A DNA stretch of 63,279 nucleotides, counting the filler, from Octopus bimaculoides (lineage: Eukaryota), in assembly GCF_001194135.2 (NCBI RefSeq). It is 4 parts of 4 records of this genome, joined end to end, with 100 filler letters (N's around TTAATTAATTAA, not from the genome) between each part and the next. Parts side by side here need not be neighbours in the genome. Positions count along the whole stretch, not along the records: positions 61,275 to 63,279 come from NC_068991.1; 3 more parts are not named here. One strand, written 5' to 3'. Shown in pieces: positions 63,259 through 63,279 of this stretch (the first letter of the stretch is position 1; each line of letters opens with the position of its first letter). Position numbers and translations under genes: made by a program. The notes below the pieces were generated by a model. It saw only the letters and a program-made list of their open reading frames with translations, did no database searches and had not been told where the DNA came from.

Positions 63259-63279
63259 GACGACGACGACGACGACGAC
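63200..63279. repeat. (TAC)n-(GAC)n trinucleotide repeat
   Basis: Direct reading. Confidence 0.97.

Overview
AT-rich animal genomic DNA from a gappy draft assembly, with many N runs, three of them containing a TTAATTAATTAA scaffolding linker. The density of (TA)n, (CA)n, (CTAT)n, (TAA)n and (CAT)n microsatellites and the SINE families resemble coleoid cephalopod (Octopus-like) scaffolds; this taxon assignment is inference. No intact protein-coding gene, prokaryotic feature or CRISPR array can be supported. Almost all ORF-track entries are microsatellite or N-gap artefacts. The recognisable content is transposon debris: at least seven IS630/Tc1/mariner relics, including one full-length 1,281-bp mariner with perfect 26-bp TIRs inserted inside an RTE LINE; Penelope-like (RT/GIY-YIG) fragments; R4/Dong-like fragments embedded in (TAA)n; three SINE families; MITEs of the hAT, piggyBac and Tc1 superfamilies; and a decayed 5S rRNA copy. 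The most unusual signal is a complete type I hammerhead ribozyme core at 13767-13902 whose stem II carries an ~87-nt insertion that itself folds as a hairpin. Weaker hammerhead-like motifs occur elsewhere. Other points of interest are an ~205-bp inverted duplication enclosing a MITE cluster (51.9-54.5 kb), a group of long palindromes at 28-30 kb, a diverged tandem duplication with conserved splice-like signals (0.9-2.4 kb) and a candidate first coding exon at 61750-61846. Coordinates were read by hand; boundaries of decayed elements are approximate.
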